From NCBI GenBank assembly GCA_965235115.1, contig OZ249436.1:8992001-9056000 (forward strand): a DNA stretch of 64,000 bases, written 5' to 3'. The translations under genes were made by a program, and so were the position numbers. Source of the DNA: Laetmonice hystrix (taxonomy: Eukaryota). Positions 62,678-64,000 of the stretch are shown piece after piece. The stretch's first letter is position 1; each line of letters begins with the position of its first letter. Under the pieces are notes generated by a model. The model saw only the letters and a list, made by a program, of their open reading frames with translations. It was not told the DNA's origin and did not search any database.

Positions 62678-63349
62678 GTAAGGGAATAATCTTATAGTTA
62701 CCCATATCTACCAGAACACACTTTCATGTCATAGACCCATATGCCCAAACCAAAATAGTTTTCATAATTTGTTTTAGGGTCTGATAGGAGTTACTTTGCA
62801 ACTATTTTTATTATTTGGAATAAATCTGTTATACACATTTGTTGATTGTTTTTATTTACATTTACCAGATACTTATTACATTTTGTAGTCTGTTGATCTT
62901 GTGCACATTACCAAGAATGTTTCAGGGTTAATAAGTTATTGGCACTAAGTACTTGAAAATTTAGCAGGAAATTTTTACATACTATGTCCACATATATACC
63001 TGCAGGGTTATAGTCTGTAATATGGAGGAGCCATTCAGGACTTCAGTTCAACCTGACGAAACATTCAGACCTGACTGAACGTGTTTCTAAAACAGCATGA
63101 GGTCACGAACCCCTCCAGACGATAATTGTCATTGTCTTCTGGTACTTTAGATACTAGTAAAATGAAACACATGGATAAACAACATCTTGAATGTTGATAC
63201 AGGGTTGTGGTCTCCGAAGAGTAGAACTGAACCGTTTGGAGCTAATTTTTTCTGAGATTTGCTTAGTACTTGTCCCAACATATAAGTTTATATGGGCGTT
63301 CGTTTTATACTCTGGTTTACTGCCCTTTTTGCAATGTCTAGCATACATT

Positions 63350-64000
63350 AACATATGAGGTTAGACCTGGCTAATATAACCAATAAGTGTATGAGTAGGC
63401 AACATAAGTACAGCACGAAGATTTTACTAGATAGTAAACTTTGTTTAGTTAACGGTAACATTTCACAGAAATTTGATAACTATACATCTATTTCCACTAA
63501 AGATAAAACAGTGGTGGATTATTTCTTTGAACCTATTGACAACCATTCGAACTCTAAGTCCCTTACCTCCAGGGCTTTAGTCAGTAGATTCTGTAATGGA
63601 GGAGATTTTGTAGTCGATTTTTGCAACCAAACAGTATGTGTAGTATTTCAGAGCATTCAGTTTCTGTTTTAGAATTTATATAAGGATTACATGACAAATG
63701 TGATGGGAGTGAAACTGTTCAGATTCCTGAAAATGATTGTGCGGATGCTGTGGCTGATCTACCTGATAGTCTTTACAGATGCTATCACATTAAGAGTGTA
63801 CCAGAGGCATTTATGACTTGTGAACTTTGCAGGCAGGCAAAAGTAACGCTAACTGAACGTATCAAAATGTTTAGACAACACCAAGCAGACGTTGATAATA
63901 TTTATAAACAGGGTTTTGACACTTACTCTCGGAAAATGAACAGGTGGCTTATCTGGAGAAATGTCTATCCGAGTCTAAACAAAAACTAGGAAAGTGTTTG
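63350..64000 (+). pseudogene. Decayed LINE (CR1/L2-group) ORF2 endonuclease/linker fragment
   Basis: LLDSKLCLVNGNISQKFDNYTSISTKDKTVVDYF resembles the APE-endonuclease C-terminal motif (NG..T....VDY); frameshifted; continues to the window end. Confidence 0.6.

Overview
Eukaryotic (metazoan, probably marine invertebrate) genomic DNA with spliceosomal GT-AG introns. (1) 1-18.7 kb is a nested repeat complex. A ~52-bp satellite alternates with a 335-bp tRNA-like (A/B box) unit. Two large non-autonomous CCCAG-terminated CMC/EnSpm(CACTA)-like elements (3019-9129, 9452-17619) sit at almost the same position of the satellite unit, each with a 2-bp TSD and palindrome-rich subterminal arrays. The second carries a CR1/L2 RT remnant and a DIRS-type tyrosine-recombinase domain split by a TTAA MITE. 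(2) Two convergent host genes follow: 13-exon mitochondrial tyrosyl-tRNA synthetase (YARS2-like, +, 21024-25937) and ~23-exon HELZ-like SF1 RNA helicase (-, 33152-47807), with a probable non-coding first exon near 52.7 kb. (3) 53.4-64 kb holds an ISL2EU-type (PIF/Harbinger group) gene pair: an intact SWIM-YqaJ-PHD gene convergent with a DDE transposase whose 5' end was not found. After it come decayed CaRF/ALS2CR8-like and Ulp1-like exons interrupted by a 79-bp hairpin tandem array, and a LINE endonuclease remnant. Many MITEs have countable TIRs/TSDs. Exon models were read by eye from splice signals and frame continuity; family names come from recalled motifs, not database searches.
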